A stretch of 64,000 nt of DNA from Spirochaetia bacterium (GCA_049515135.1 JBEKUJ010000001.1:41593-105592), one strand, 5' to 3'; counted from the first letter of the stretch, positions 49,258 through 60,008 are shown. The notes: generated by a model not told the origin, from the letters alone. Made by a program: numbers and translations.

Positions 49258-49305
49258 AAAACCTCCGTTCGAACATTTTCTTTATATATATGACTTGCTG
49301 GAGGT
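49258..49305 (-). promoter_or_regulatory. Candidate SD-sequestering hairpin in the 5' leader of the membrane LuxR gene (anti-SD AACCUCC ... 33-nt AU-rich loop ... SD GGAGGUU-N3-GUG)
   Basis: The plus strand has aacctcc at about 49258-64, immediately upstream of the GTG start on the minus strand, and its complement ggaggtt at about 49299-305. The intervening sequence is AT-rich (gttcgaacattttctttatatatatgacttgct). Confidence 0.35.
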
Positions 49306-49365
49306 TATCAGGAAAATATCCAAAATGTCAATACAGTCTGATCTCTAAATAGAGACTATAACGAG

Positions 49366-50331
49366 CTAAACGGGCATCACGCGGATGTTCGGATCCAGCT
49401 CCTTCCTGAGGAACTCCTCAATGAAATCGAGAGTGCCCATCTGAGAGCTGGGACACCCCTTGCATGCGCCGGTGTATTTCACGTAGACCGCGGTGTCAGC
49501 TCCGTCCGCTCTCATGTCCACGACTTCAAGGTTGCCGCCGTCCCTGATCAGCGCCGGGCGGACCTTCTCATCAAGCACTTTTTCCACTGCCCTGTGCTTC
49601 TGGATCAGGCCCAGCCCGGCGAAAGCTCTTGATTCTCCGGCCGCGGGGCTCTCTGCCCTTTCCATCTCCGCCCGCACCTCCCGGAGAATATCAACCAGGT
49701 AATGACGCCTGGCTTCATGCCCGCCGGGCCGGATGCAGGACTTGCAGAATGCCCCCGCCTTTGTGTAGCGGGTGATGTCCTCAACCGTCATCAGGTTGTT
49801 GATCCGGATGACCTCTTTGATTGTCCGAAGGCTCACTCTGGCGCACTGGCAGACGATCTCTTCCTCTTCCAGGGAATCCATGTCGACTCCCTTGTACATC
49901 GCGGCGGCTTTGCGGATCACATCGTAAGCCATGACGCTGCAGTGCATCTTCTGGGGCGGGATGGCGGCGGTGGCCTCCTCATCCCGCAGGGCTTTCTCCA
50001 CGTCGATGTTCGTGATTTTCATGGCTTCGTCGACTGTCTTGCCGATGATCATCTCGCACATCATGTCGCTGGATGCTATGGCGGTGCCGCACCCGAATGT
50101 CTTGAACCTGGCATCAAGGATCCTGCCTGAGCCAGGGTCAACGGCCCAGAAGGCGCGGATGGCGTCACCGCACACCTCGGCGCCCCAGTCTGCAACCACG
50201 AGGCGCGCGCCGAGCTTGTCAGCGTCACTTTGCGTTATCTCTCCGAGGTGGCGGGGATTGAGCATGCGGTCATTCACCTTGTTCGAATAGCTTTCCCACA
50301 GGGTCCCGCCTATCAGATCAGCCTTTGCCAT
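49366..50331 (-). CDS. nifU: NifU-type Fe-S cluster assembly scaffold (IscU-like N-term, central [2Fe-2S] BFD-like domain, C-terminal Nfu domain)
   Basis: IscU motifs are present (GAEVCGDAIRAFW, FKTFGCGTAIASSDMM, PQKMHCSVMA). The central segment reads CQCARVSLRTIKE...CKSC. The Nfu C-terminus ends with CKGCPSSQMGTL. Confidence 0.9.
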   Translation of the reverse strand: MAKADLIGGTLWESYSNKVNDRMLNPRHLGEITQSDADKLGARLVVADWGAEVCGDAIRAFWAVDPGSGRILDARFKTFGCGTAIASSDMMCEMIIGKTVDEAMKITNIDVEKALRDEEATAAIPPQKMHCSVMAYDVIRKAAAMYKGVDMDSLEEEEIVCQCARVSLRTIKEVIRINNLMTVEDITRYTKAGAFCKSCIRPGGHEARRHYLVDILREVRAEMERAESPAAGESRAFAGLGLIQKHRAVEKVLDEKVRPALIRDGGNLEVVDMRADGADTAVYVKYTGACKGCPSSQMGTLDFIEEFLRKELDPNIRVMPV

Positions 50332-50340
50332 ACAGGTCTC

Positions 50341-51555
<1,215 letters not shown>

Positions 51556-51594
51556 CTATACCCGGGGGCTCAGGGAGTGTCGAGCCTAGCGAGT

Positions 51595-51611
51595 GCCGCC
51601 CAAAGGGCGGC
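51595..51611. terminator. Strong GC hairpin (7-bp stem GCCGCCC/GGGCGGC, AAA loop) between nifS and lgt; candidate terminator or attenuator without a clear U-tract
   Basis: The sequence gccgcccaaagggcggc is a perfect palindrome about 60 nt downstream of the lgt stop on the minus strand. No T-run follows on either strand. Confidence 0.3.
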
Positions 51612-51668
51612 ATCCGGCAGCTGAGGTCGACCGCAACAGGTGCTCCATCGCAGTAGCGGATTGGCCGG

Positions 51669-52676
51669 CTATTTCACCTTCTTGCGCAGCTTCCGCGCGC
51701 TGGGCCGCGGCCCGGCGTCCTGCGGCACCGGCTGACGGAGCGCGCGGGCGCGAAAGACGGCAAGGGCAATCACGGCCCCGGCAATGAGGAGCACGTTGAG
51801 GATCTGGCCTGTTGTGAAGTTGAACCAGCTGAACTGACCGGGGCTGGACAGCGGAACAAGGGTGATGGGGAAGCCGATGCCCTTGTCCGGTTCCCTGGCG
51901 TACTCGATGAAAAAACGGAACACGCCGTAGCCGATCATGTACCAGGCAATCACAACTCCGTTGTAGGGCTTGCGCTTGCGGACAATGAACCAGATGATCA
52001 GCCACAGAACGAAACCCTCGAAGAAAGCTTCATAGAGCTGGGAGGGGTGCCGGGGAAGGTTGACAAGACCGGCGCCGCTCACCTGCATGCCCACCGATTG
52101 CGCGAAATCCCTGACCCAGGGCTGGCTGCCGGGGAAGCCTTCCGCGCCGGGAAACACCATGCCCCAGGGGACCCGGGTGATCCGGCCGTACAGCTCGCCA
52201 TTGATGAAGTTCCCAAGCCGGCCGAAAGTGTATCCCAGCGGAATGCCTGCCACCAGCATGTCTCCCCAGTCCAGGATGTTCAGCTTCTTGACCCGCATGA
52301 ATATCGCGAGGGCTATGACCGCTCCCACCAGCCCGCCATGATAGGACATGCCCGCGATGCCCGTGAGCCGCAGCTTCCCGTCCACCATGGCAACGGGAAG
52401 AATAATCTGCAGGGGATGGCTGAGGTAATAGCCGGTGGCATCATAGATGGTGACGGCAAATGCCCGCGCGCCGATCAGCAGCCCGATGATGCCCCAGAAG
52501 AACATGTCAAGGACGAGGTCCTGTGACGGCTTCTCCTTTCGCGCCCGGAGCTGCCACGTGAAAAGCAGGTATGTGATGACGAAAGCCACAAGGTACATGA
52601 GGCCGTACCAGCGGATGGGCAGCCAGGGGATGATTTCCGGATGTATCCACGAGGGATACTGGATATAGGCCAGCAT
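51669..52676 (-). CDS. lgt: Prolipoprotein diacylglyceryl transferase
   Basis: Lgt signature segments are present (WYGLMYLVAFVITY, GRLGNFINGELYG, GHPSQLYEAFFEG) with a basic C-terminal tail. Confidence 0.8.
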   Translation of the reverse strand: MLAYIQYPSWIHPEIIPWLPIRWYGLMYLVAFVITYLLFTWQLRARKEKPSQDLVLDMFFWGIIGLLIGARAFAVTIYDATGYYLSHPLQIILPVAMVDGKLRLTGIAGMSYHGGLVGAVIALAIFMRVKKLNILDWGDMLVAGIPLGYTFGRLGNFINGELYGRITRVPWGMVFPGAEGFPGSQPWVRDFAQSVGMQVSGAGLVNLPRHPSQLYEAFFEGFVLWLIIWFIVRKRKPYNGVVIAWYMIGYGVFRFFIEYAREPDKGIGFPITLVPLSSPGQFSWFNFTTGQILNVLLIAGAVIALAVFRARALRQPVPQDAGPRPSARKLRKKVK

Positions 52677-52693
52677 GCGTTTCTCCTCAAGGG

Positions 52694-55645
52694 TCAGATC
52701 TTTTCCGCGATCCTCCCCTGCACCTGGTCGAAATACAGGGTGATCATGTTTTTCTCAATCCGTGTTTCCCACCGTCTTCCATGGCTCTCGATCACCACGC
52801 CGGGGAACAGCGTTCCGCGCACTCTGACTTCCGAGGGCACATGGACATCAAAGGTGTCGTGGAGCGCTATGAGACGTTTCTTTCGAAGCTCGAGTGCCTT
52901 CAGGGACTGCGCCTTCTCCGCGCGCGCATGGGAGAGGGCATCTGCGTCCGGCTGCTTTCCGGCAAGAGCCTCCCGCTGCATCCTCTTCATCTCCGCATCC
53001 AGCTCCACCACCCGCCGCGCAATGGTGGCGACCTCACGCTCCTCCCGCTCGATCTGGTCCTTGAGCATGTAGTCCTGGCCGAAGAGGATGAGGGTGGTTA
53101 TGCCGCCGGGAGATCCAAGGTTCTGCACGGCCACCCCCTGGCGCGCGCGCACTTCTCCACCGACGAGGTTGCCCTTCTCCGATTCCAGAAGCAGCTTGCC
53201 GTCGCATTTCACCTGGCAGCGCAGGCACGCGCCCTTGAGGCGGACGTTTTCCCCGGCAATGAGGACAGCCTGCTCCGCGAACGGAGAGGTGATGTCCTTC
53301 TTTGCCCGCAGAATGGCCTTCCCCTCCCCCTTGATCCCCTGCCCGATGAGGATGGAGCCTTCCGAGGACAGCAGAGCGGCGTCCACGGTTTCCTCGATCT
53401 CGATGTCCCCGGCGGCAATGACGCGGAAACCCGGCTGGACCGACCCGTTCACGCGGACGATGCCGGGAAAGTTCACGTTGCCGCTCTTCATGTCCACGTC
53501 CCCGACAACGGTGTGCACCTGCAGCACGGAGATGACAGACCCGTCGCGCACAAGCTCTCCGTCCGCATCCGCATAGAAGAACAGGCTTCCGTCCGGCTGC
53601 CTGGCGGCGGACACGCCCCGCCCCGCCTGCAGGCCGGAGAGGGCGCCGGGAGGCGGCGGGATGGGCCTGCCGGTCACGTCCCATGACTCCAGGCCCTCCA
53701 GCGGCGGAGGCTTCACCGTGGCCACGTGCGCGCCTTTGCCCACGTGCGTGATCCTGTCCTGCGCGCGAAAATCCGCGCGGCCGTCGTCAAGGATGGTCAG
53801 CGCCTTCCCCGTGGCCAGGCGGATGTGGAACGTCACGCGGTTCTCCTCCCCGGGGGGAGGGAGCCTGCCCTCTGCGATGAGAGTGTTCTTGAAGAACTTG
53901 CCTCTGGCCACCAGGTCAAGTGCTTTGAGGAGCCTGGCCTCATCAACGCCCATGACGATGCCGGCCTCCTTGATCCGCGTCCTCACTTCCTGGACATCGA
54001 TTGAGGAACCGGTCCCTCGCGCAGGGGTGAACGAGAGGAAGCCCTTCATCCTGTCGTCGGAGACCGTGATAACGAGGTCCGCATCCTGGTGGCGCCGGAC
54101 GCGCAGCAGGATGGCCATGCCGTCGCTGCCCTTTTCCAGGATGCCTTCCTCCACCGCCACGACGATGTCGCGGCGCTGCTGGAGTCCTTCGAACAGGCGC
54201 ACCTCAGGAGTGGCGCCTTTGAGGCCGGAGATGCTTGCACCGAAGACGTCCACCCCTGATGCGCCGGCCTGTCCCTGCACGATCCGCAGGATGGGCATTT
54301 CCGCGGTCGCCCGGCCGATGGCCTCCACACGCTCCAGGGGAAACTGCTGGAGGGAAGGGATCTCTCCCGTTGCAGCTGATTTGGCCGAGCTGAACGCCCG
54401 AATGCGGTCCGCCTCCTCCGCAGGCAGGAACTTCGCGAGCCACTCCACGCTGCCGTCCTTGCCTCGCGCCGGTGGCTGGCCGGCGGCGAGCTTGTAGCCC
54501 ACGAGCTCCGTTTCAGCGCCCTTGAAGAAGGCCTGGAGGTCCTTCCGTACCGCCTCGATGTTGTACCGTCGGACTTTGCTCAGGCGGACGGCGTCGCTCG
54601 CAAGGGCCAGCGTGAGCGGTTTGCCCCCCCCGCGTCCCTTGCGGAGGAACAAGACGGCGGAAAGCTTGTCCGGCGACACCGTGACTGTCGCTGTTCCGTC
54701 AGCAGACGGGCTGAGTGACTTTCCCGAAACCGGCGCGCCTGCCTTCGCCGCCTCCTGAAGGATGGAAGCGATCTCCCCGGCGCCCAGAAGCTTGGTGGGC
54801 GCAAAGCCGATCTTTATTGCCTCAGCAATGACTTCATCCGCGGTCGGAAGTGGAACCAGGGGATCTCCAGGCTCGAAGAAGAGCAGGCACGTGGCGCCGT
54901 CCTGAGATGCCGAGAGCCGAAAGGCGTGGCCCCGGAAGGGCACGACGTCCGCCCAGTTCGCGCCTCTCCTGAGGAAGCCGTCGGTGGTGGCTTTCACGTC
55001 GCTGCCCGTCCGCGTGAGCCCTTCGCAGAACAGGAAAGCGGCCTGCGCTCCGCGCCGGGCCGGAACGAGCTTTCCGAAAACGTTCTTGCCCTCTTTTCCC
55101 GGCTTTCCCGGCAGCACCTTTGCCACCAGTGCGCCCTTCTGGACATACCCGGTGGCCGTGACGGCCGGATCGATGGCCACCTCCTCCCGCACGAGCCTCT
55201 TCTCCACCACCACTTCGACTTCCTCCCGGGCGGCAAGGAATGGAAAAGACGCTTTGTGCAGGACCTTCTTCTGCTTCTTGAATCTTTCTTCGCGAAGGCG
55301 GAATCCCCTTGGCTGGGGGGCCTTCTTCAGCACTTCCTTGGCCATCGCGTCCAGCCGGGGCGGCACGGGGCTGGGCTCGAACTCCACGGACTCAGGCTCG
55401 GGCGCACGGGGCATCACTCCCGCAGCCGCGACGAAGCTCACAGGCTCGTCCTTGCGCCGGGCCGCGGCGCGCAGGCCTTTCTCTATTGCGTCCGTGTCAA
55501 TGCCTTCGCGCACCCTCTTTTCGTCGAGGATGGCAAGGAGGCTGTCCGTGGACACCTCGGTCCCGTTCTCGTTGGGCACGATCGTGACGCGGGCCTCGAT
55601 GCCCTGTTCGTCGAACTCGAGCTTCAGATCGCCCTTGACGTTCAT
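52694..55645 (-). CDS. DUF342 / FapA-like (flagellar-assembly-protein-A family) protein, unusually large (983 aa) with repeated N-terminal modules
   Basis: The C-terminal ~350 aa carry the DUF342 beta-helix-like pattern (VGDVDMKSGNVNFPGIVRVNGSVQPGFRVIAAGDIEIEETVDAA...GACLRCQVKCDGKLLLESEKGNLVGG) followed by a coiled-coil. The upstream ~600 aa have three FapA-N-like repeats. Confidence 0.55.
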   Translation of the reverse strand: MNVKGDLKLEFDEQGIEARVTIVPNENGTEVSTDSLLAILDEKRVREGIDTDAIEKGLRAAARRKDEPVSFVAAAGVMPRAPEPESVEFEPSPVPPRLDAMAKEVLKKAPQPRGFRLREERFKKQKKVLHKASFPFLAAREEVEVVVEKRLVREEVAIDPAVTATGYVQKGALVAKVLPGKPGKEGKNVFGKLVPARRGAQAAFLFCEGLTRTGSDVKATTDGFLRRGANWADVVPFRGHAFRLSASQDGATCLLFFEPGDPLVPLPTADEVIAEAIKIGFAPTKLLGAGEIASILQEAAKAGAPVSGKSLSPSADGTATVTVSPDKLSAVLFLRKGRGGGKPLTLALASDAVRLSKVRRYNIEAVRKDLQAFFKGAETELVGYKLAAGQPPARGKDGSVEWLAKFLPAEEADRIRAFSSAKSAATGEIPSLQQFPLERVEAIGRATAEMPILRIVQGQAGASGVDVFGASISGLKGATPEVRLFEGLQQRRDIVVAVEEGILEKGSDGMAILLRVRRHQDADLVITVSDDRMKGFLSFTPARGTGSSIDVQEVRTRIKEAGIVMGVDEARLLKALDLVARGKFFKNTLIAEGRLPPPGEENRVTFHIRLATGKALTILDDGRADFRAQDRITHVGKGAHVATVKPPPLEGLESWDVTGRPIPPPPGALSGLQAGRGVSAARQPDGSLFFYADADGELVRDGSVISVLQVHTVVGDVDMKSGNVNFPGIVRVNGSVQPGFRVIAAGDIEIEETVDAALLSSEGSILIGQGIKGEGKAILRAKKDITSPFAEQAVLIAGENVRLKGACLRCQVKCDGKLLLESEKGNLVGGEVRARQGVAVQNLGSPGGITTLILFGQDYMLKDQIEREEREVATIARRVVELDAEMKRMQREALAGKQPDADALSHARAEKAQSLKALELRKKRLIALHDTFDVHVPSEVRVRGTLFPGVVIESHGRRWETRIEKNMITLYFDQVQGRIAEKI

Positions 55646-55679
55646 GCTGCGGCTCGCTCACAGGATAAACAAAGGCGCA

Positions 55680-57182
55680 TCATCCGACAAGGGTGAACAC
55701 CGCCAGCGCGACGAAAACCCCGGCCAGGCCGAGCTTCACTTTTCCCATGTGGGACTGGAACCAGGTCGTGATCCTGCCCGAGCTGACGCCCAGGTAGCTT
55801 GCCCCGAACACAACGAGAAGCGGGACTATGAAGCAGAGGTTGTACAGGAGGAGGAGTGCCAGAGCCGTCATCCCTCCCTGGATTCTCACCAGGTAGGCGA
55901 GCATGGGAAGGTACACCTGTCCGGTGCAGGCGAACTCGAAGATGGAAACAAGAAACCCCAGAACAAGCGAGCTGCCGACGAGCGCTGCCGTCCGGACGCG
56001 GGTTCGGATGGAGCTGTGGATCTGCCTCCTCAGCGCAGAGGGGAGCTGCAGGAGGATCTGAGTGGGCCGGCCCTGGCGGATCAGGGCGTAGTCGTAGACG
56101 CTCATGCCGGCAAAAACAGTGAGCACCGCAACGAGGGCCCAGCGAAGCACCAGGGAAACGATGGAGACCGTGCTTGCGGCCCGCAGGACCGCGAACAGCC
56201 CGCAGCCGATCCCCAGGTATGTGAGAAACACCGCCAGAGTGAACACGGCGCCGATCAGAAGGACTTCCCGCCTGCCCCGGCCGGCAAGCGCAAGGGAGGC
56301 AAGCAGGAATATCAGCGTGGTGAAGGCGCATGGGTTCACGCCGTCGATCAGTCCGGCAAGCGCGATGGGCAGCGCTGCCAGGCGCCCTGAGAACACCGCC
56401 CACGCCGCTGACGGCAGCAGCCCAGGCGTGGCAGGCGGCGCTGCCGGGCTCCCCAGCCATGCCCGCAGCGCCGGCGCAAGATTCTTCCTGATGTTCGCGT
56501 CGCCCTGCAGGAGAACGTTCCCGACTGCGAGGGCCGGGATCTCGCGGACAGTTTCTCCGTGGGAGGCGGCGAATGAGGCCAGCTCCTCGTAGAGGGCTGG
56601 TTGAAGGACGTCCTTGCGGTCCACGACGATCGAGATCCCAAGCGAGCGCGCGAATCGCGGGACCTCATTTGAGAGGAACTCCTCGCAGCTTCGACAGCCG
56701 GGCGTATAGTAATACGCAATCGTGACGGCGGACCTGCCCTGCGCCGCGGGCCGGCCGTTCGAGGCGGCGGGAGGATTTCCTTTGGGTGCTCCGGCCTGCC
56801 GCTCCGCGCGGACCACGCCGGTGATGGTGTAGTACGGAGGGGCAACGCCCGAAGGCGTGGTGCGCACGATGAAGTCCTTGCGGGTGATTCCTGTGTCATC
56901 CGAGGAATCGTAGGCAATGAGAAAAGTCCCCTCGGCTCCCGGCCCGATGCGGCGCTCGGCAGGAGTCGCGGTGTTGCAGGTGCATGTGGGAAGAAGGCCC
57001 ACAGTGACCTCGGCCTCTCCCGTGTTCTTCACAGTGACGGCCGTCTGGATCTTCTCTCCCCTGATGATCATGCCGAACTTCCACACCGGCGGGGAAAAAA
57101 CCACGCTGGGGCTGCCGGCAGTGGGGAATGCCGCGGCGCAGAGCAGCAGAAGGGCCGGCAGGAGCCTGGCAGTCACCTTCAC
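55680..57182 (-). CDS. Fusion protein: secreted DUF1573 (Ig-like) domain + cytochrome-c-biogenesis CcdA/DsbD-type thiol-disulfide transporter membrane domain
   Basis: A signal peptide is followed by VTVKNTGEAEVTV (DUF1573-like) and YYTPGCRSCEEF (a thiol motif). The C-terminal ~6 TM helices carry the CcdA-like paired Cys (GVNPCAFTTL ... FEFACTGQVYLP). Confidence 0.6.
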   Translation of the reverse strand: MKVTARLLPALLLLCAAAFPTAGSPSVVFSPPVWKFGMIIRGEKIQTAVTVKNTGEAEVTVGLLPTCTCNTATPAERRIGPGAEGTFLIAYDSSDDTGITRKDFIVRTTPSGVAPPYYTITGVVRAERQAGAPKGNPPAASNGRPAAQGRSAVTIAYYYTPGCRSCEEFLSNEVPRFARSLGISIVVDRKDVLQPALYEELASFAASHGETVREIPALAVGNVLLQGDANIRKNLAPALRAWLGSPAAPPATPGLLPSAAWAVFSGRLAALPIALAGLIDGVNPCAFTTLIFLLASLALAGRGRREVLLIGAVFTLAVFLTYLGIGCGLFAVLRAASTVSIVSLVLRWALVAVLTVFAGMSVYDYALIRQGRPTQILLQLPSALRRQIHSSIRTRVRTAALVGSSLVLGFLVSIFEFACTGQVYLPMLAYLVRIQGGMTALALLLLYNLCFIVPLLVVFGASYLGVSSGRITTWFQSHMGKVKLGLAGVFVALAVFTLVG

Positions 57183-57189
57183 GCCCTGC

Positions 57190-57711
57190 CTACCCTTCGT
57201 GCGCAGCGGCCGGGGAGTGCGGGCCTTTCTCCCGGCGCCATGCGATGAGGACCGCCAGGAAGAGCAGATCGAGGAATAACAGCGCCAGGAGCACGGTGCC
57301 CTGTCTGATGCTGAAGGGACCCAGTCGAATCAGCTCGATTGCCGTCGAGATGCCGGTTGCCCCCGACGTCACGAGCAGAAGGAAGGAGAAGACAGAGAGG
57401 ACTTTCCCCAGCCGCAGGAACCCGATCAGCTCGCCGTATTTCTCCGGAAACAGGGAAAGCATGGTTCCCCCCGCTGCAATGAGCAGGTTGCCGGACCCTC
57501 CCAGGAGGAGCCACGGGATGATGGCTGGTCCGCCGCTGCCGGCTGCGTAGAAGAGCTGTGCAAGGAGGGAGAGGACGATGAAGAATCTGGCGGTTTCCCA
57601 GAGGGAGCCGGCCAGGATGAAGGCATGTCGCGCCGCCATTGTCCGTGCGAGTGTAGACGCGCCGCAGACAGCGGTCAATAGTTGAAGGCATCCATCGCCG
57701 CGCATTGACAA
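57190..57711 (-). CDS. Hypothetical integral membrane protein (4 TM)
   Basis: The ORF is hydrophobic. Its start is uncertain; an internal ATG lies at about 57639. Confidence 0.4.
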   Translation of the reverse strand: MSMRGDGCLQLLTAVCGASTLARTMAARHAFILAGSLWETARFFIVLSLLAQLFYAAGSGGPAIIPWLLLGGSGNLLIAAGGTMLSLFPEKYGELIGFLRLGKVLSVFSFLLLVTSGATGISTAIELIRLGPFSIRQGTVLLALLFLDLLFLAVLIAWRREKGPHSPAAAHEG

Positions 57712-57739
57712 ATCAGGTCATAGATGTAGATCATAGATG
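57705..57739 (+). promoter_or_regulatory. Candidate sigma70-type promoter (TTGACA) with 9-bp direct repeat TCATAGATG x2 upstream of ctpA
   Basis: The sequence is ttgacaaatcaggTCATAGATGtagaTCATAGATGgggtggagaatcaaATG. A -35 consensus hexamer is followed by two copies of the direct repeat spanning the -10 region. Confidence 0.35.
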
Positions 57740-57753
57740 GGGTGGAGAATCAA

Positions 57754-59163
57754 ATGAAACCTATAAAAACTCGCGAACGGATCGTCTGGGTGGTCGTCAC
57801 GGCGGTCCTCCTCGCGGCTCTTGCCCTTTTCACCTTCTCTCCAAGGCTGCTGGCAGGGAGCCCCGAGGATGAGACCCAGGCATACCTCAGCACGATCGGC
57901 GAGATGTTCCGATACGTCCGCGACAACTACGTCGACGCAGACAAGGCCGAGCCGAAGGCCCTGTACGAAGGCGCTCTGAAGGGGATGTTCGAGTCCCTCA
58001 ATGACCCGTACTCCGCGTACACTACCGCGGCGGACTGGCGCATGATCTCGGACACCACAACGGGGACATTCGGCGGCGTGGGGTTGACCATCACCAAGAT
58101 CGACAAGGTCGGCGCAGAGGTAGTCACTGCCATCGAGGGCACTCCGGCATACAAGGCCGGGATTTCTGCCGGTGATATCATCATCAAGGTCAACGGAGAG
58201 GCGGTGGACAAGCTTTCCATCGACCAGATCGTGGACCGGCTGCGGGGAACTCCGAAAACCGACGTGACAGTCACGGTGAAGCGGGGGGACTCCATCCTCT
58301 TCGACGCAACCATCACGCGGGACGTGATCGAGCTGCCCATCGTCAAGTACGCAATGATCCCCGGAGGGATCGGGTACCTGCGAATCACGGAGTTCACGCC
58401 CCAGACCGCGGAGCGGTCGCGCGAAGCTCTACGGTTCTTCAAGGACAACGCGTACAAGTCCCTCATCATCGACCTTCGCGGCAACGGCGGGGGGCTCCTG
58501 TCAGCGGCCGTCGACATGGCGAACCTCTTCATCGATGAAGGCCTCATCGTCGAGATCAAGAGCGAGCGCGTGGCCCGTGAAAACGTCAAGTACGCGGCCC
58601 GCAGCAATCGGATGATGGTCGACCCCGATGTCCCCATCGTGCTCCTGGTGGACAAGTACTCCGCCTCGGCCTCCGAGATACTCTCCGGGGCCCTGAAGGA
58701 CCATCATCGGGCCGCCCTGATGGGAGAGAAGACCTACGGCAAGGGTTCCGTGCAGACCGTCATGTCCCTCGGAGAAGGCGGGTTCCGTCTGACAACCGCT
58801 CGCTACTACCTCCCTTCCGGAGTGACCATCGACAAGGTGGGTATCCAGCCTGACATGCCCGTGGCGGAGCCTGCCCTCACTGACGCGGACCAGAAAGCGC
58901 TGAACGACCTGTTGAACGGCTCGTACCTGAAGGATTTCGTGAAAGCCAATCCTCAACCAACGGACGCGCAGATCGGTGCGTTCATCAACGGTCTTCGCTC
59001 CAAGGGGATCACGCTCAACGACCGGTATCTGAAAAAGCTGGTCAGGAACGAGGTCAACAAGACCAACAACAATCCGCCCCTGTACGATCTCGATTTCGAC
59101 ATCGTGCTGCAGGCTGCGGTGAAGGCGCTGCAGAATCACGAGATCCAGGCCGCCCAGAAATAG
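57754..59163 (+). CDS. ctpA: Carboxyl-terminal processing protease (S41 family, PDZ-containing)
   Basis: I prefer the ATG at 57754, with GGTGGAG 8 nt upstream; the track GTG is at 57742. A PDZ domain (GVGLTI...GTPAYKAGISAGDIIIKVNGEAV) and the S41 catalytic region (SASASEILSGALKDHHRAALMGEKTYGKGSVQ) are present. Confidence 0.9.
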   Translation: MKPIKTRERIVWVVVTAVLLAALALFTFSPRLLAGSPEDETQAYLSTIGEMFRYVRDNYVDADKAEPKALYEGALKGMFESLNDPYSAYTTAADWRMISDTTTGTFGGVGLTITKIDKVGAEVVTAIEGTPAYKAGISAGDIIIKVNGEAVDKLSIDQIVDRLRGTPKTDVTVTVKRGDSILFDATITRDVIELPIVKYAMIPGGIGYLRITEFTPQTAERSREALRFFKDNAYKSLIIDLRGNGGGLLSAAVDMANLFIDEGLIVEIKSERVARENVKYAARSNRMMVDPDVPIVLLVDKYSASASEILSGALKDHHRAALMGEKTYGKGSVQTVMSLGEGGFRLTTARYYLPSGVTIDKVGIQPDMPVAEPALTDADQKALNDLLNGSYLKDFVKANPQPTDAQIGAFINGLRSKGITLNDRYLKKLVRNEVNKTNNNPPLYDLDFDIVLQAAVKALQNHEIQAAQK

Positions 59164-59249
59164 GGTTGCGTGAGGCGCTCCCTGCCCTCCGTGGCCAGGG
59201 AGGAGCCCCTGGCGCGTTCGTGCGCTCGACGCTCCTTTTCTGTTCGCAC

Positions 59250-60008
59250 ATGAAGCAGTTTCTCCTTCCGCGCTGGTACGCGGGCCAGACACGCATCTCG
59301 ATCTCCGGGGACGACTACCGCTACCTTGCCCGCGTTCTGCGGCTGCGCCCGGGAAGCGAGCTCCCGGCGGTGGACGCGCGCGGCGCCAGATATGTCATGA
59401 GGCTTGTGCACGTCAGCCGCTCGGAGTGCAAGGCGGAGCTCTCCCCCGACGGGTTGGCTGCACCCGCGCCCGGCTCCCCATCCATCACGCTGCTGCAGTG
59501 CTTGCCAAAAGGGAGGAAAATCGATCTGATTATCCGCCAGGCGACCGAGGCGGGTGTGTCGCGGATCGTTCTCCTGGAGAGCGACCGGTCAATTGCAAGG
59601 GCATCCGGGGAGGAAAACAGGATGTCGCGACTGGAGAAAATCGCCAGGGAGGCGCTCCAGCAGAGCGGCAATCCGCGCCTTCCCGCAATTGAAGCCCCCC
59701 GGCCGCTTGCATCACTCTGCGACACGACGGAAGAATGGGGCACGGCCCTGTTCTTCCACCAGGAGCGGCTCTCCGCCAGCGCCCTTCACGAGCTGCTGGC
59801 CGGGCCGGCGCGGCAGATCAGCATCCTCATCGGCCCCGAGGGAGGATTGTCGCCCTCGGAGACCGGGCTTCTGGCGGGCGCGGGCTTCCGTCCGGCGTAT
59901 CTCGGCGGCGCCGTGTTGCGGGTTGAGACGGCGGCAATCTACGCCATTGCGGCGGTTCAGACGATTCTACAGGAGAAGGACTCGTGGAGAGCGGCGCAGA
60001 AAAGGTGA
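59250..60008 (+). CDS. rsmE: 16S rRNA (uracil1498-N3)-methyltransferase RsmE
   Basis: The ATG at 59250 is followed by RsmE-family motifs (ITLLQCLPKGRKIDLIIRQATEAGVSRIVLL, and the C-terminal ILIGPEGGLSPSE...VLRVETAAIYAIAAV). Confidence 0.85.
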   Translation: MKQFLLPRWYAGQTRISISGDDYRYLARVLRLRPGSELPAVDARGARYVMRLVHVSRSECKAELSPDGLAAPAPGSPSITLLQCLPKGRKIDLIIRQATEAGVSRIVLLESDRSIARASGEENRMSRLEKIAREALQQSGNPRLPAIEAPRPLASLCDTTEEWGTALFFHQERLSASALHELLAGPARQISILIGPEGGLSPSETGLLAGAGFRPAYLGGAVLRVETAAIYAIAAVQTILQEKDSWRAAQKR

